DNA of 64,000 nt, from positions 59,458,001 to 59,522,000 of the forward strand of contig OZ360226.1 of assembly GCA_977017645.1 (NCBI GenBank), given 5' to 3'. The DNA is from Torpedo marmorata. Its lineage: Eukaryota. Position 1 is the stretch's first letter; every line of letters starts with the position of its first letter. Made by a program: the position numbers and the translations under genes. Shown here piece by piece: positions 12,944 to 23,866 of this stretch. A model generated the notes under the pieces. The model did not search any database. It had not been told where the DNA came from and saw nothing but the letters and a program-made list of their open reading frames with translations.

Positions 12944-14277
12944 GCACCGGATGCAGTAAATAAGTCCTCTGAATGTACAAGTGAAGTGTAGTTTCACTTG
13001 AAAGGCCTGTTTGGGGCCCCGGACCATGGTGAGGGGGGAGGTGTGGGCGCAGGTGTTGAACCTCCTGCGGGCACAGGGAAAGGTGCTAGGGGTGCGATGG
13101 GTGGGGAAGGATGAGTGCACGAGGGAATCGCGGAGGGAGCGGTCCCTGCGGAAGGCCGAGAGGGGAGGAGAAGGAAAAATGTGTCTGGTGGTGGGATCCT
13201 GTAGTAAGTGCCGGAAATTCCGGTGGATAATATGTTGGATGCGGAGGCTGGTGGGGTGGTAGGTGAGGATGAGGGGGATTCTGTGTTTGTTGCGTCTGGG
13301 GGCAGAGGGGGCCAGGGCAGATGAGCGGGAAATGGAGGAGATGCGGGTGAGGGCTGAGTTGATGGTGGTGGAGGGGAAGCCACGTTTGTGGAAGAAGGCA
13401 GACATTTCAGAAGATCTGGACTGGAACACCTCATCTTGGGAACAGATGCGGCGGAGATGGAGAAATTGAGAGAAGGAGATGGAATCCTTGCAGGGGACAG
13501 GGTGTGAGGAAGTATAGTCCAGATAGTTGTGGGAGTTGGAGGGTTTGTAGTAAATGTCGGTGGAAAGCTTGTCTCCTGGGATGGAGACAGAGAGATCCAG
13601 GAAGGGGAGAGTGTTATCGGAGATGGACCAGGTGAGTTTGAGATCGGGGTGGAATTTGGATGCGAAGTGGATGAAGTTGACAAGCTCATCGTGGGTGCAT
13701 GAGGCAGCCCCGATGTAGTCGTCGATATAACGGAGGAAGATATGAGGAGTCTTCCCTGTGTAGGCTTGCAGCACTTGTACATCCAGAGAACTTATTTACT
13801 GCATCTGGTGCTCCCTTTGTGGCTTTCTCTACATTGGAGAGACCAGTCGTAGATTGGGAGATCGCTTTGCTGAGCACCTCATCTCCGTCCGCAACAACAG
13901 CGACCTCCCAGTAGCCAGCCATTTCAATTCCAAGTCACACTCCTACACTCACATGTCTGTCCATGGCCTCATGTACTATCCCACCCAGACTACCCGCAAA
14001 TTGGAGGAACAACATCTCATTTTCCGTCTGGGCACTCTCCAGCCAGATGGCATTAACATTGACTTTTCTGCTTTCCACTAAACCTGCTTGTCTTTTCCTT
14101 CCCCTCCCCCCTCCCCTGTCCTTCCTGTTTTTTTCCACCCACCCAGCCATCCCTCCTCCTCCCCCTCTTTGCTGCTGTCCCCTCCCTCCTTTCTCCACCT
14201 ATCATCTCCTGCCTTTGCCACCCCCCCTTCCCCCCCTCACTCTTTTGTTCGGACACCTGCCGGCATTTTCTCATACT

Positions 14278-14305
14278 TTGTTGAAAGGCTCAAGCCCGAA
14301 ACGTC
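14278..14305 (+). ncRNA. Mutated hammerhead-like motif in the second Penelope pLTR
   Basis: ttgttgaaaggctcaagcccgaaacgtc, two substitutions relative to the 11612-11639 copy. Confidence 0.5.
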
Positions 14306-14528
14306 GGTTATGTATTTCTACCTTTGCTACATAAAAGACACTATTTGACCTGCTGAGTTTCTCCAGCATTTGTGTTTTTTACTTCAACCACGGTGTCTAC
14401 AGATTTTCATGTTTTACTTTTGAAAGGAATATTTGTTCCATTTGTATGTAATGACACAGTCCACTTGCGCTGCTCGACTCTGTTCACGCTTGGCTGTTCA
14501 GTGTCTGTTGTTTTATAATCTTCCTGCA

Positions 14529-15292
14529 CTACCATGCCAATAAAATTGTATCACTAAGGGCAGTGTCTTCTATAGTGTGTATAGTGTGCACGCTTTCACT
14601 TCTGTTTTGTTTCCCTTTGGAAAAACATTGCTTTGCGTAATGATTCTGCCCTTTGCACTTATTACAGACTTTTCCATAGGCTGGGCTTTGTTTTGGTGCA
14701 TGTTGAGTGCCACATCGTTTACAATTGAATGTTTCTCCATCTTTTTGTTGTTTCTTATGTCTCGTTCTCTGTTTATGTGTGTGTTCGCACACTGTGGCTA
14801 CGGCTATGCCTTCATTTTCACTGGCTTTCGCACTCTCACTGAACTTTTTCACGTGCTGCAGAGCTATTTCACTGGCGTGGCATATCTTCACAGCTCCAGC
14901 AGCAACCTCTCTCTCACTTTCTTATCAATAATCCCTAACACAATTTGATCACGGATGATTGAATCTTGCAGAGATCAAAAATTGCCTGTTCTTGCTTTTA
15001 ATTTCAAGTCCGTTAAAAAAGTATCAAATCTCTCTCCCTGCAGCTGCGTGCGCGAGGGAAACACTTACCTCTCGAACGTTTCATTTTTCTTTGGTGAACA
15101 TTGTTCATCAAACATTTCGATAACCTTGTCGAACTTGCCCTGGTCTTCTGCCTCGGCAAAAACGAATGTATTGAAAACCTCTAGTGCTTGAGGTCCCGCC
15201 ACGGTAAGTAGCAGTGCAATCTTCTGTGCATCAGGTTTGCTATCGAGTCCAATGGCTTGCAGGTACAGCATGAATCTTTGTTTGTACAACAT
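14529..15292 (-). pseudogene. Gypsy gag (frameshifted)
   Basis: KIALLLTVAGPQALEVFNTF, KNETFER, zinc knuckles CKRCGTQH and CNKCKGQNHYAKQC. Confidence 0.85.
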
Positions 15293-15820
15293 TCACTCGT
15301 GGTCGACATTTCCAGTACAATTTACTGATACACACTCGGCACACTCCTAGTACCATGTGATGTTTCTTTTATTGTAATAAACAAACTTGGGTTCTTTTAA
15401 AACAACTATACTTTATTAGCTAAAGTACACACACCGTGTGGAGGCATCCATCTTGAATCCAACGAGCTGCCACAAACTGGTCTACGACTCCCTCTAGTTG
15501 TCAGGAGGATCACTAGCACTCTATCATTACATTGTGCTGGCAGCGGCTCGAGGTGTTGCAGACTCCAGGAAGCAGACGTCTGGCACAGGGCACCAGAAAA
15601 TGGGGAGAACACGCTGCATTTGAGATGGAGCAGAATAGGAGATGACCTTACAGGACGGTGATGATGGTGGCGGACCAGTGAGGGGCTCTGCGGCTGATGA
15701 ACACACAGGCGGCGAGCTGTCAATGACTTGAGGTGAGAAATCCACACAGGCTGCGGGCTGCTGGTGACTTCCAGTCAAAGGACTCACACCAGGCTGCAGA
15801 CTGCTGGAGACAGGCTCGAG

Positions 15821-17139
15821 TAAAAACACAATGCTGGAGAAATTCAGCAGGTTAAAAGTGTACTTTATCTAGCAAAGATAAAGATACATACCCAACATGT
15901 CGGGCTTGAGCCCTTCATCAAGGTATGAGCAAAGTTTAGACAGGCGCCCGAACAAAATGGTGGGGGGAAGGGGCAGGGGGAGGATCACAGTCCCACAGGC
16001 AGGAAGTAGTAGGTTGATAAGGGAGGGAGGGTACACCAGCAAACAAGGGGATAGCTCTGTGAATGGGGAGGAGAGCTGGAGGAAAGAAGACAGAGGGTTG
16101 GGGAAGAGAGGGAGAATGGGGAGTAGGCTGGTAGAAACCAGAGAAGTCAATGTTATTGCCATCCAGTTGGAGAGTGCCCAGACGGAAAATTAGGTGTTGC
16201 CCCTCCAATTTATGAGTGGTCTTGGTTTGACCGTATGAGGCCATGGACAGACATGTCAGCGTAGGAATGGGGCACAGAATTGAAATGGTTGGCCGCTGGG
16301 AGATCACTGTCACTGATGCGGACAGAGCGAAGGTGCTCAGTGAAGTGATATCCCTGTCTGCGTCCAGACTCTCCGATGTAGGGAAGGCCGCAATGGGATC
16401 ACCGGATGCAGTAGATGACTCCCGCGGATACACAAGTGAAGTGTTGCTTCTCTTGGAAAGACTGTTTGGGGCCCCAAATGGTGATGAGAGAGGAGGTGTG
16501 GGCACAAGTGTGGGACTTCCTGCAACAGCAGGGGAAGGTGCCAAGGGGGTGATTAATGGGAAGGGATGAGTGGACGAGGGAGTCACGGAGGGAGTGGCCC
16601 CTACGGAAGACAGAGTGAGGAGGAAAGGGGAAGATGTGTCTGGTGGTGGGATCATGTTGTAGGTGTTAGAATTTATGGAGGATAATGTGTTGGATGCGGA
16701 GGCTGGTGGGGTGGTAGGTGCTGCCCTTGCCTCTTCTGGGACCAGAAGGGGCCAGGGCAGATGAGCGGGAAATGGAGGAGATGCAGGTAAGGGCTGAGTT
16801 GATGGTGGTGGAGGGGAAGCCATGTTTTTGGAACAAGGGAGACGTTTCAGATGATCTGAACTGGAAGACCTCATCTTCAGAACAGATACGATGGAGACGG
16901 AGGGATTGAGAGAAAGGAATAGAATCCTTGCTGGGGACTGGGTGTGAAGAAGTGTAGTCGAGGTAGTTGTGGGAATTTGTAGGTTTGTAAAAAATGTATG
17001 TAGAAAACTTGTCTCCCGAGATGGAGACAGAGAGATCAAGAAAGGGGAGAGTTATGCATCTTTATCTTTGCTACATAAAGTACACTGACCTGCTGAGTTT
17101 CTCCAGCATTGTGTTTTTACTTCACTCATGTTTTACTCC
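15821..17139 (-). mobile_element. Second Penelope-like insertion with a short inverted pLTR end (17055-17139)
   Basis: About 80% similar by eye to 11537-13640; TSD ggagacaggctc/ggagactggctc (15806-15817, 17140-17151); degenerate hammerhead near 15895-15922. Confidence 0.88.
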
Positions 17140-18042
17140 GGAGACTGGCTCAAGACTAGCTGAAGGGGTACAGGTGTTGGAACCAGGATGCGGCAGCGTG
17201 ACGAGAGCAAGAGGGGTTCCCGAACCTCAGGCGCTGAAGGCCTACTGATCGCATCGGAGGTTGGGATCTGAAGCTCAGGTTGCTGATGATTTGGACTGAA
17301 GTCTGTATGGGTACAGATGCTACAGGAGCGCTGGAGGTGAATTCACGGATACTCAGTGACTCTGAAGGGACTCTCTTTTGCTTCTCTTTCTCTGACTGTC
17401 AGGGGCACCGGGCAATTTCTGCTGATGGTGAATCTTTGTCTGCCTTACGGCAGACTAAATGCAATTTCATCAAATATGACATCTGTTTTATTACATGACA
17501 ATAAAAAAATCTTGAATCTTGAAGATAATTATCTCATGAGAGTAGTTTGTTGAAGGGAAGGAATATAATTTCCGAGAGTATGACAAGATACATCAGAGGA
17601 AATGAGGAAGGCAAATGTTCAGAAAACTATATGCAAATTTACAAGTGAAATAAGGGATAAAGAATTAGCTTTTAGCAAATCCATCAGATATTTTTTAATA
17701 CTGATGTGAAAAACCATTGCATCCTTTCCAAGTTATTATTATGGTATGAAAGATTAGATCACATCAGGTCAGGTCTTCAGATAATTCTGCAACCATTTGT
17801 CAAATGTTTTTCATGGCTACTTGACATGGACTTCTTTTGCTTTTTCAATCATGACAATGCTTGCAAGATGTAGCAGAAGTTCAAAGGCCTTAAGTGATCA
17901 CAAAAGTCAATATTTCATTTGAAAAAAATGAAGGAAAATTTAAGGGTTTTTTAATTTGATTACTGTGCATGAAATACAGGACTGGGATCGTCTTACTAGT
18001 TGAGTACCTTGTAATCAAAGATCAAGGAATAATGATATTCAC

Positions 18043-18307
18043 CTGGCTGAAGTAATGGTGATTTGCAATTTTCTCTTAATTTCTTAAATTGGAATTGCTG
18101 TTCATTGTCTGAATGTGGGTTTGCAAAAAGAATCTGAGAATTTAATTGATGACTCAATATATGAATGTCCATGCCATTAAAATGACCACTTGATTTGTTT
18201 GATATAGATATCCCTGCATTACAATGAAAAGGGTGGGGTTGCATTCCAATAAAAAGGTCTGTCATGACTTTTGAACAAATAAATCTTTGGGCAGTTATTT
18301 GTGACTT
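18043..18307 (-). CDS. Candidate host-gene exon (265 bp, phase 0 to 1; KSQITAQRFICSKVMTDLFIGMQPHPFHC...SPLLQP)
   Basis: Acceptor tttcccttacAG, donor CAG|GTGAAT, 88 open codons in AT-rich non-repeat DNA; phases fit the neighbouring candidate exons. Confidence 0.6.
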
Positions 18308-18527
18308 CTGTAAGGGAAAATTTATGATAAACTGACGTCTGCAATGCAGCAAACAACTGTCTTATTGACACTGTATATTTAGTTCTATTCTTTGGTCCTG
18401 ATTTTAATTCAGGCCAGTTTTGGCCTGTACGTTTACAAATAATTTAACTTTCTTTTGTCATTCAACAGGCAAAGCAAGAATGAGAAAATATTTTTGGATA
18501 GTACTGTTAAATTAATATTTACTTAAA

Positions 18528-19065
18528 CATAGAACATTACAGCACAGTACAGGCCTTTCGACCCATGATATTGTTTCGACCTAAGTCAACAATAAACCTT
18601 CCCGACCTTACACCATAACCCTCGATTTTTCCTGCATCCATGTGCCTGTCTAAGAGTCTCTTGGATGTCCCTATTGTACCAGACTCCATCACCACCCCTG
18701 GCAATTCATTCCAGGTACCCAGTACTCTGTGTAAAAAACCTACCCCTGATGTCTCCCCTAAACTTTCCTCCCCTCACCTTATACAGATGCCGTCTGGTAT
18801 ATGCTACTGTTGCACCTGGAAAAGGGTGCCTGCTGCCCACCCTTTCTATGCCTCTCATAATCTTGTAGACCTCTATTAAGTCACCTCTTATCCTTCTTTG
18901 CTCCAAAGAGAACAGCTCTAGCTCTGTTCACCTTGACACATTCTCCAATCCAGGCAACATCCTGGTAAATCTCCCCTGCACCCTCTCCAAAGCTTCCACA
19001 TATTCCTGTAATGAGGTGACCAGAAGTGAGCACAAGTGTGGTCTAACCAGAATTTTATAGAATTG
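18528..19065 (-). mobile_element. CR1 LINE 3' fragment
   Basis: LERVQGRFTRMLPGL, RGDLIEVYKIMRG and a CR1 tail (ctgtgctgtaatgttctatg). Confidence 0.88.
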
Positions 19066-19821
19066 GGATATTGTGGATTGTATTGCATAAGTGAGGGGAT
19101 GTTGACCAATGGTTGTACGGTGATGACTGAAATTGATCCAATAGGCTGAAAGACGTCTTTCTTTGTTGTGAGGAAATGTTGTCAGCTGAGGCACAAATCT
19201 GTGACTCAAGAACTGTGAGGAGTTCAGCAGCTAATGGTTTCAGCAGCTAATGGTTTCTCCAGTTATCAAATGACAGGTGCCAACAATACTGCTAGTGAGA
19301 TCAGCTCCACTGATTGCCCTCAGTGGCATGAGGAGAAGATAATCTGTTTGAGGATGACATTCCAGATCCTGTTAACTACTCACATAGGTTATAAAGCATT
19401 TAATTATATCTGGCATTGTGAAAACAGTGTGTGCCAAGCCAATTTGCAAAACAAATGGGATGCATGGGACTTCTAAAGTGTCTGGCCTATGTCATGACCA
19501 CATCAGCAACACTAGTACCCATCTGCCATTGCAATATTGCAACTATCAATAAAGCTACTACCATCTAAACAAAAGGTGAGGACAGAAATGCAGGAGATGA
19601 ACTGGCACATTGAAGGACACTGACAACCACAGTGAAAACCACAGTCTGGTTGAAAGGAAGACATTACAGGAGCATTGGTGTGAATGTTTGCTTCATCAAT
19701 AGACCTGAAGCAGACATACTGATTCCAGAAGAATAGAACAGAATCCTTATAGGGGCTGAGTAGTGTGAAGTATAATCAAGTTAACTGTGAGTTAATGGGT
19801 TTACAGTAAAACAAAGAAAAA

Positions 19822-19946
19822 TACTGCAGATGCAGGAAATCTTAAATAAAAATGGAACATACTGGAAACACTCATCTCGGAAAGCCACGACTGAGAAGAG
19901 GCAAACAGTGTTATTGTTTCAGGCTAATAACCTTCAATCAGAACTG
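19822..19946 (-). mobile_element. Old Penelope pLTR remnant
   Basis: Reverse complement reads ctgattgaaggttattagcctgaaac (degenerate hammerhead) followed by tgagtgtttccag. Confidence 0.45.
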
Positions 19947-20059
19947 TTTAAGAAAGATTAACTTACAGTCTGGATCCTGAAATGGAGATGGAAAAGATGA
20001 GGAAAGGAAGAGTCATAGATGGCCTTTGCGAAGCTGAGGGAAGCATGGAAATTGAAACA

Positions 20060-20950
20060 ACTTGCAGCATTGGTTGAAGTGAACCAAAAGTATGGACTGA
20101 TGCATTTTAGTAGGAAGTAGTAGAAAAAATATATAAACCAAATGGTGGCAGGTGAGGTTAATGCAGTCTCTGAAGATGTAAAACTCTTTGAAAGTTGTTA
20201 AAGCACATGGGATCCTTGCTTTATTGACTTCAATTGAATTGATTTTCAGAATCGGAGTACGAGGAGGTGGTGTTTCAATACTGGGTATTTATCATTAAAG
20301 ACCAGGACAAATTTCAACCACATGCAGTACACATCAGGGAAATAAATCCAATTCTTTACAAGTTACTGGCTAAAAGTTTTTCAGTATTGGGCATTTATCA
20401 TTAAAGACCAGGACAAATTTCAACCACATGCAGTACACATCAGGGAAATAAAGCCAATTCTTTACAAGTTGCTGGCTAAGCCAAGAATAAAGTATAGTTT
20501 TCAATTCTGGGTACTAACGTGGATATCAAGGTCGTATAGAGGGTGTGGAGAGGAACAACAGCAGGGAATGTGAAACTTTAGTCACATAGAGAGGGCAGAA
20601 AGACTCCAATTATTTTCCTTAGCAGAAAGGTTCAGTATTGAAAGATTTTGATAGAGTAACAAACAAGAAACTATTTTCAGTGCAGAAAGGTCAAAAATCG
20701 AAGGACACCGATTCAGGGTAAAAGGGAGAAAAGTGAGTTTTTATAGTGCAAGTTGTTTTGATCAAAGTATATTGACTGAAAGAATACCAGAAACAGATTC
20801 AATGCTTCTAAACGGAATTAGATGAATACTTGATAAGGCTAAAGGTAAAATATAAAAGACCATGAATAAAGAGCAGGAGACTGGAACATTGAATACAATT
20901 TTAAAGTGCTTGTTTAGATATCATGGGCCCAATGATATCTCTATATTGCT
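20060..20950 (+). mobile_element. Ancient CR1 3' relic
   Basis: Degenerate similarity to the CR1 3' region (ggatccttgctttatt, tagagggtgtggagagg, atgggcccaatg...tctatgatt). Confidence 0.5.
20273..20479. repeat. 106-bp tandem duplication (2 copies)
   Basis: tttatcattaaagaccaggac...acaagtt(a/g)ctggctaa starts at 20288 and at 20394. Confidence 0.9.
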
Positions 20951-21174
20951 GAATTTTTCTATGATTTGAATATAATTTTCAAATACTGTTTTCTTCTTCC
21001 TGACTGTAATTTGTTTGCTGATTTCTTTATCCTTCTCCTCTGCCTCTTATTGATCTATTGTATAATTTCTTCTTTCAATTTCAAAGTTATAACTTGGAGC
21101 AAGTGGGAATAACTTTCAAGACCTATGCAAAGGTGCTAAATGTTAAATCCAGACAACAGAAACTATGGTGAAAC

Positions 21175-23035
21175 CAGTGGCGTACCTAGGTAAAATAGCG
21201 TCTATGGCAAGCACTGAAATTGCGCCCCCCCACCCCGTTAAAAAATCACACATAAAGTTGACAGTTGGGCGATTTTCACGCACAATTGGGCTGGCGCTAA
21301 CCGCAACACCAACCGTGCCACCGACATATCCTTGTAAATTTCATACGTTGCGTTGTAATTTATTAGAAGTGAACCAATGGGTTAACTCCCACCAGGGCCC
21401 CTAGGCTGAGCTTTAGTAATGGAAAGGCCCCCCCCCCCCCATTTCTCTCGCTCCCTCCCGGCTCTCACCCTCACTTACAGAACCCTCGATTGCTAACCAT
21501 GCCACACTACGTTGAGGTTTATTATTCCCAGTCGCCAAGACGTGGGACGCTCCAGGCTCTAACCCGCGTTGAAGTGACCCAAGCCTTGTGTTTATTACCT
21601 GCCGTTCCCTGCTGGATGCTGTAGCCTCCACAAGAGGACCCACGGCTTCTGTGCTCCTGATAACTTTGGGTCGGTCAACTCGGAATGTCCCGGGTCACAC
21701 GTCACTCCAGTCCCCCATTCCCTCGCCTGTTCTTACTGCATCAGGTGATGAGCCGAACTCTGACTACAGAAGGCACAGACTCGCGCGCACATTTTACCAA
21801 TGCGCGGCATGAACATTGATTGACAGGTAGCATGCCATTGAGACCAGCGGAGCCTGAGACCCCGCTGCTGATTGGGTGAACGCGGTTTCCGTGACCGCGA
21901 GCCTTGATTGAGCGACTAGAGAAGTACAACTACACTACAATGTATAATGTTGTACAAGTAGTGGTACTACATACATAATAAAATATCATGAAGACAAGTT
22001 ATAAGAATCAATTACAGATCTTTTATTCCATATGATAGAACCAGTAAACCATAGAACACTACAGCACAGAAAGGCCATGATAAACGCTCTCAACCCTTTA
22101 ACAGTACGGTGTACATCTTAGTATCAACAACAACTTACCAACAATTTCTCCAGCGGCGAGCGCCGTTCCTCGGTTCTAGGCCTGGAGTGAAGCAGGGTGG
22201 TCCCAATGGCAAAGAGGGTAATTTGAGCACACGTGGTGCCCTTTATAGTGCTGGGGGGGTCAAGCCCAGGTCATTTACAGGAGGCCAATGGCTCAGTGCC
22301 AGCAAGGTTAAACCAATTACAACAGCCAATGGCCAAACGCCAAGTACAGGTGGGCTGGGGAGCCCAGCCCAGGTAATTTACAGGGGGCCAATGGCCCAGT
22401 GCCATCAAGGTTAAGCCAATTACAAAGGCCAATGGCCCAAGGCCAAGTACAAAGGAATTTAAATTGGCCAATGCAAGGTGTGCACTTAATGGGGCGGGCC
22501 CAGGCTCAAACCTTGATTGGCAGTGCTGGGTAGTGCTGTCATGACCCTTCACTGCTTCACAATACAATACAGAGTGGTGAAATGGTAATTCAATTCTTCA
22601 GGTTATATTACCCTTTTCAGTCACACACCACACCAACACGCTTTTAATTCACGTTTTAAAGATGATACACAGAACTCTGTCAGTGTCACAAAGATGATAC
22701 TCTGCGTTTCCCTGGCACTGGCAGAGCGGTTCCAGCTGCGTGGGGGATTATGGGTAAGGAAGACGGCCATTTTTCCCATTGATCCCGCATTGAGCCGCTG
22801 CCGCGAGGTGCCGGAACGGCCCCGAAGCAGCTGCGGCCCCGAAGCGGCCCGATGAGATGGCGGCCCGGAGTGGCCCGGTGAGGGTCCGGGGCGCTCAAGT
22901 GGGATGGAGAATCTGTGTTGGGCTAGGGACTCGGATATTGGGTGGGCGGGCTCGGATATTGAGCGGGCAAGGCGAGGACAGTGGCGCTCCCCCTGCAAGT
23001 GGTGCCCAAGCTGCCATACCCTGGATACGCCTATG
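21175..23035. mobile_element. Non-autonomous hAT DNA transposon
   Basis: Imperfect TIRs CAGTGGCGTACCTAGG / CATAGGCGTATCCAGG; perfect 8-bp TSD ggtgaaac at 21167-21174 and 23036-23043; no transposase ORF. Confidence 0.85.
21987..22561 (-). mobile_element. Putative solo LTR inside the hAT element, containing a tiny CR1-tail insert
   Basis: Minus strand starts TGTGAAG, then many CCAAT boxes, TATAAA near 22245 and AATAAA near 22025; flanks atat/atac; CR1 tail piece at about 22039-22077 between atgata repeats. Confidence 0.45.
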
Positions 23036-23452
23036 GGTGAAACTTAACAGTTGATTGTTAGTTCAATATGAGACACCACATACAGTCCATGTCTCCTTTA
23101 CTTGGGTGTTTATTTGAAGGATAATTATCCAGGATTGAAAAAGAATAACCTTGTTCTCTGCTATTTCCCTATTTTTGCAAAATATCAAGGTGTAATAGAC
23201 AACCACACAGTAAAAGCATGTTTTTGAGGGTGATCTTGCATGCTGCTTCATTAAACGTCTTTTTTCTCATGTAGGTCATGGGTTTGAGGAGAGGAGACTG
23301 GTTAGCAAGATAAATAGGTATCACCAATTGCATTAGGCACTGCTGTGGACTTTGCCACTTGATAACACATCAATTAACTGTCACATTGATCCTCTTTACA
23401 CAGGCATGTTAATTCTTCCATATGCATCCTATTGTTTGTTGAAACCAAAAAC

Positions 23453-23622
23453 AATCTGCTGGAGGAACTCAGTGGGTCAAGCAGCATCAGTGGGAGAAAA
23501 AGAATGTTTGACGTTTCAAGCTGAAACTCTCCATCACAGCTGATGAAATTTCAGCTCAACACGTTAACCATTGTTTTTCTCCCACTGATGTGGCTTGAGC
23601 TGCTGAGTTCCTCCAGCAGATT
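23453..23622. repeat. About 170-bp imperfect palindrome made of two inverted Penelope pLTR ends
   Basis: aatctgctggaggaactcag...tcagtgggagaaaaa pairs with tttttctcccactga...ctgagttcctccagcagatt; ctgatga lies at the centre. Confidence 0.8.
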
Positions 23623-23866
23623 ACGTTTAACTTCAAATTTGAATATCTGCAGTCCCTGTGTACCTCCAGTTGTTTGTTGATATACTTTTGGACAACAGAC
23701 TGGTAAATTTAGCACATGGTGATGTCGAGGAAGGATATGCCCTTTAATTTTGACTTTCATACCGATAAAAAACATTGCAGTGAATAGTTTAGGTGTATTA
23801 TTCTGGTGTAGGGAGAAAAAAAAATCTTTAACAGTTTTCTTAAGAAGCCATTGTAACAAAGTTTAC

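Larger units (their letters stand above)
11537..14418. mobile_element. Penelope-like element: minus-strand RT-GIY-YIG body (11537-13775) plus inverted plus-strand GIY-YIG/pLTR copy (13776-14418)
   Basis: RYIDD RT motif; LIYCIRC..YIGE...R..EH GIY-YIG motif; 16-bp TSD tttgaaaggaatattt at 11521-11536 and 14419-14434. Confidence 0.92.
7812..15531 (-). mobile_element. Degraded Gypsy LTR retrotransposon (gag, protease, integrase; RT-RNaseH deleted)
   Basis: LTRs 7812-7982 and 15356-15531 (TG..CA); TSD ctgtg/ttgtg; PBS TGGTACTAGGAGTG (tRNA-Leu-TAA type); PPT aaggaaagggga; protease KLDTGA at about 11510-11525. Confidence 0.92.
7590..17524 (+). mobile_element. GC-rich non-autonomous retroposon (SINE-like, (TCTTGAA)n tail) split by a Gypsy and a Penelope insertion
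   Basis: Pieces 7590-7811, 15532-15820 and 17140-17524 join up; related to the reverse complement of 12110-12943; ends atgacaataaa...tcttgaatcttgaa, a Rex1/Babar-like tail. Confidence 0.75.

Noticed and set aside
15936-17039. 367-aa Pro/Ser-rich ORF (and 12994-13782)
   Set aside because: These are off-frame readings of C-rich Penelope RT sequence.
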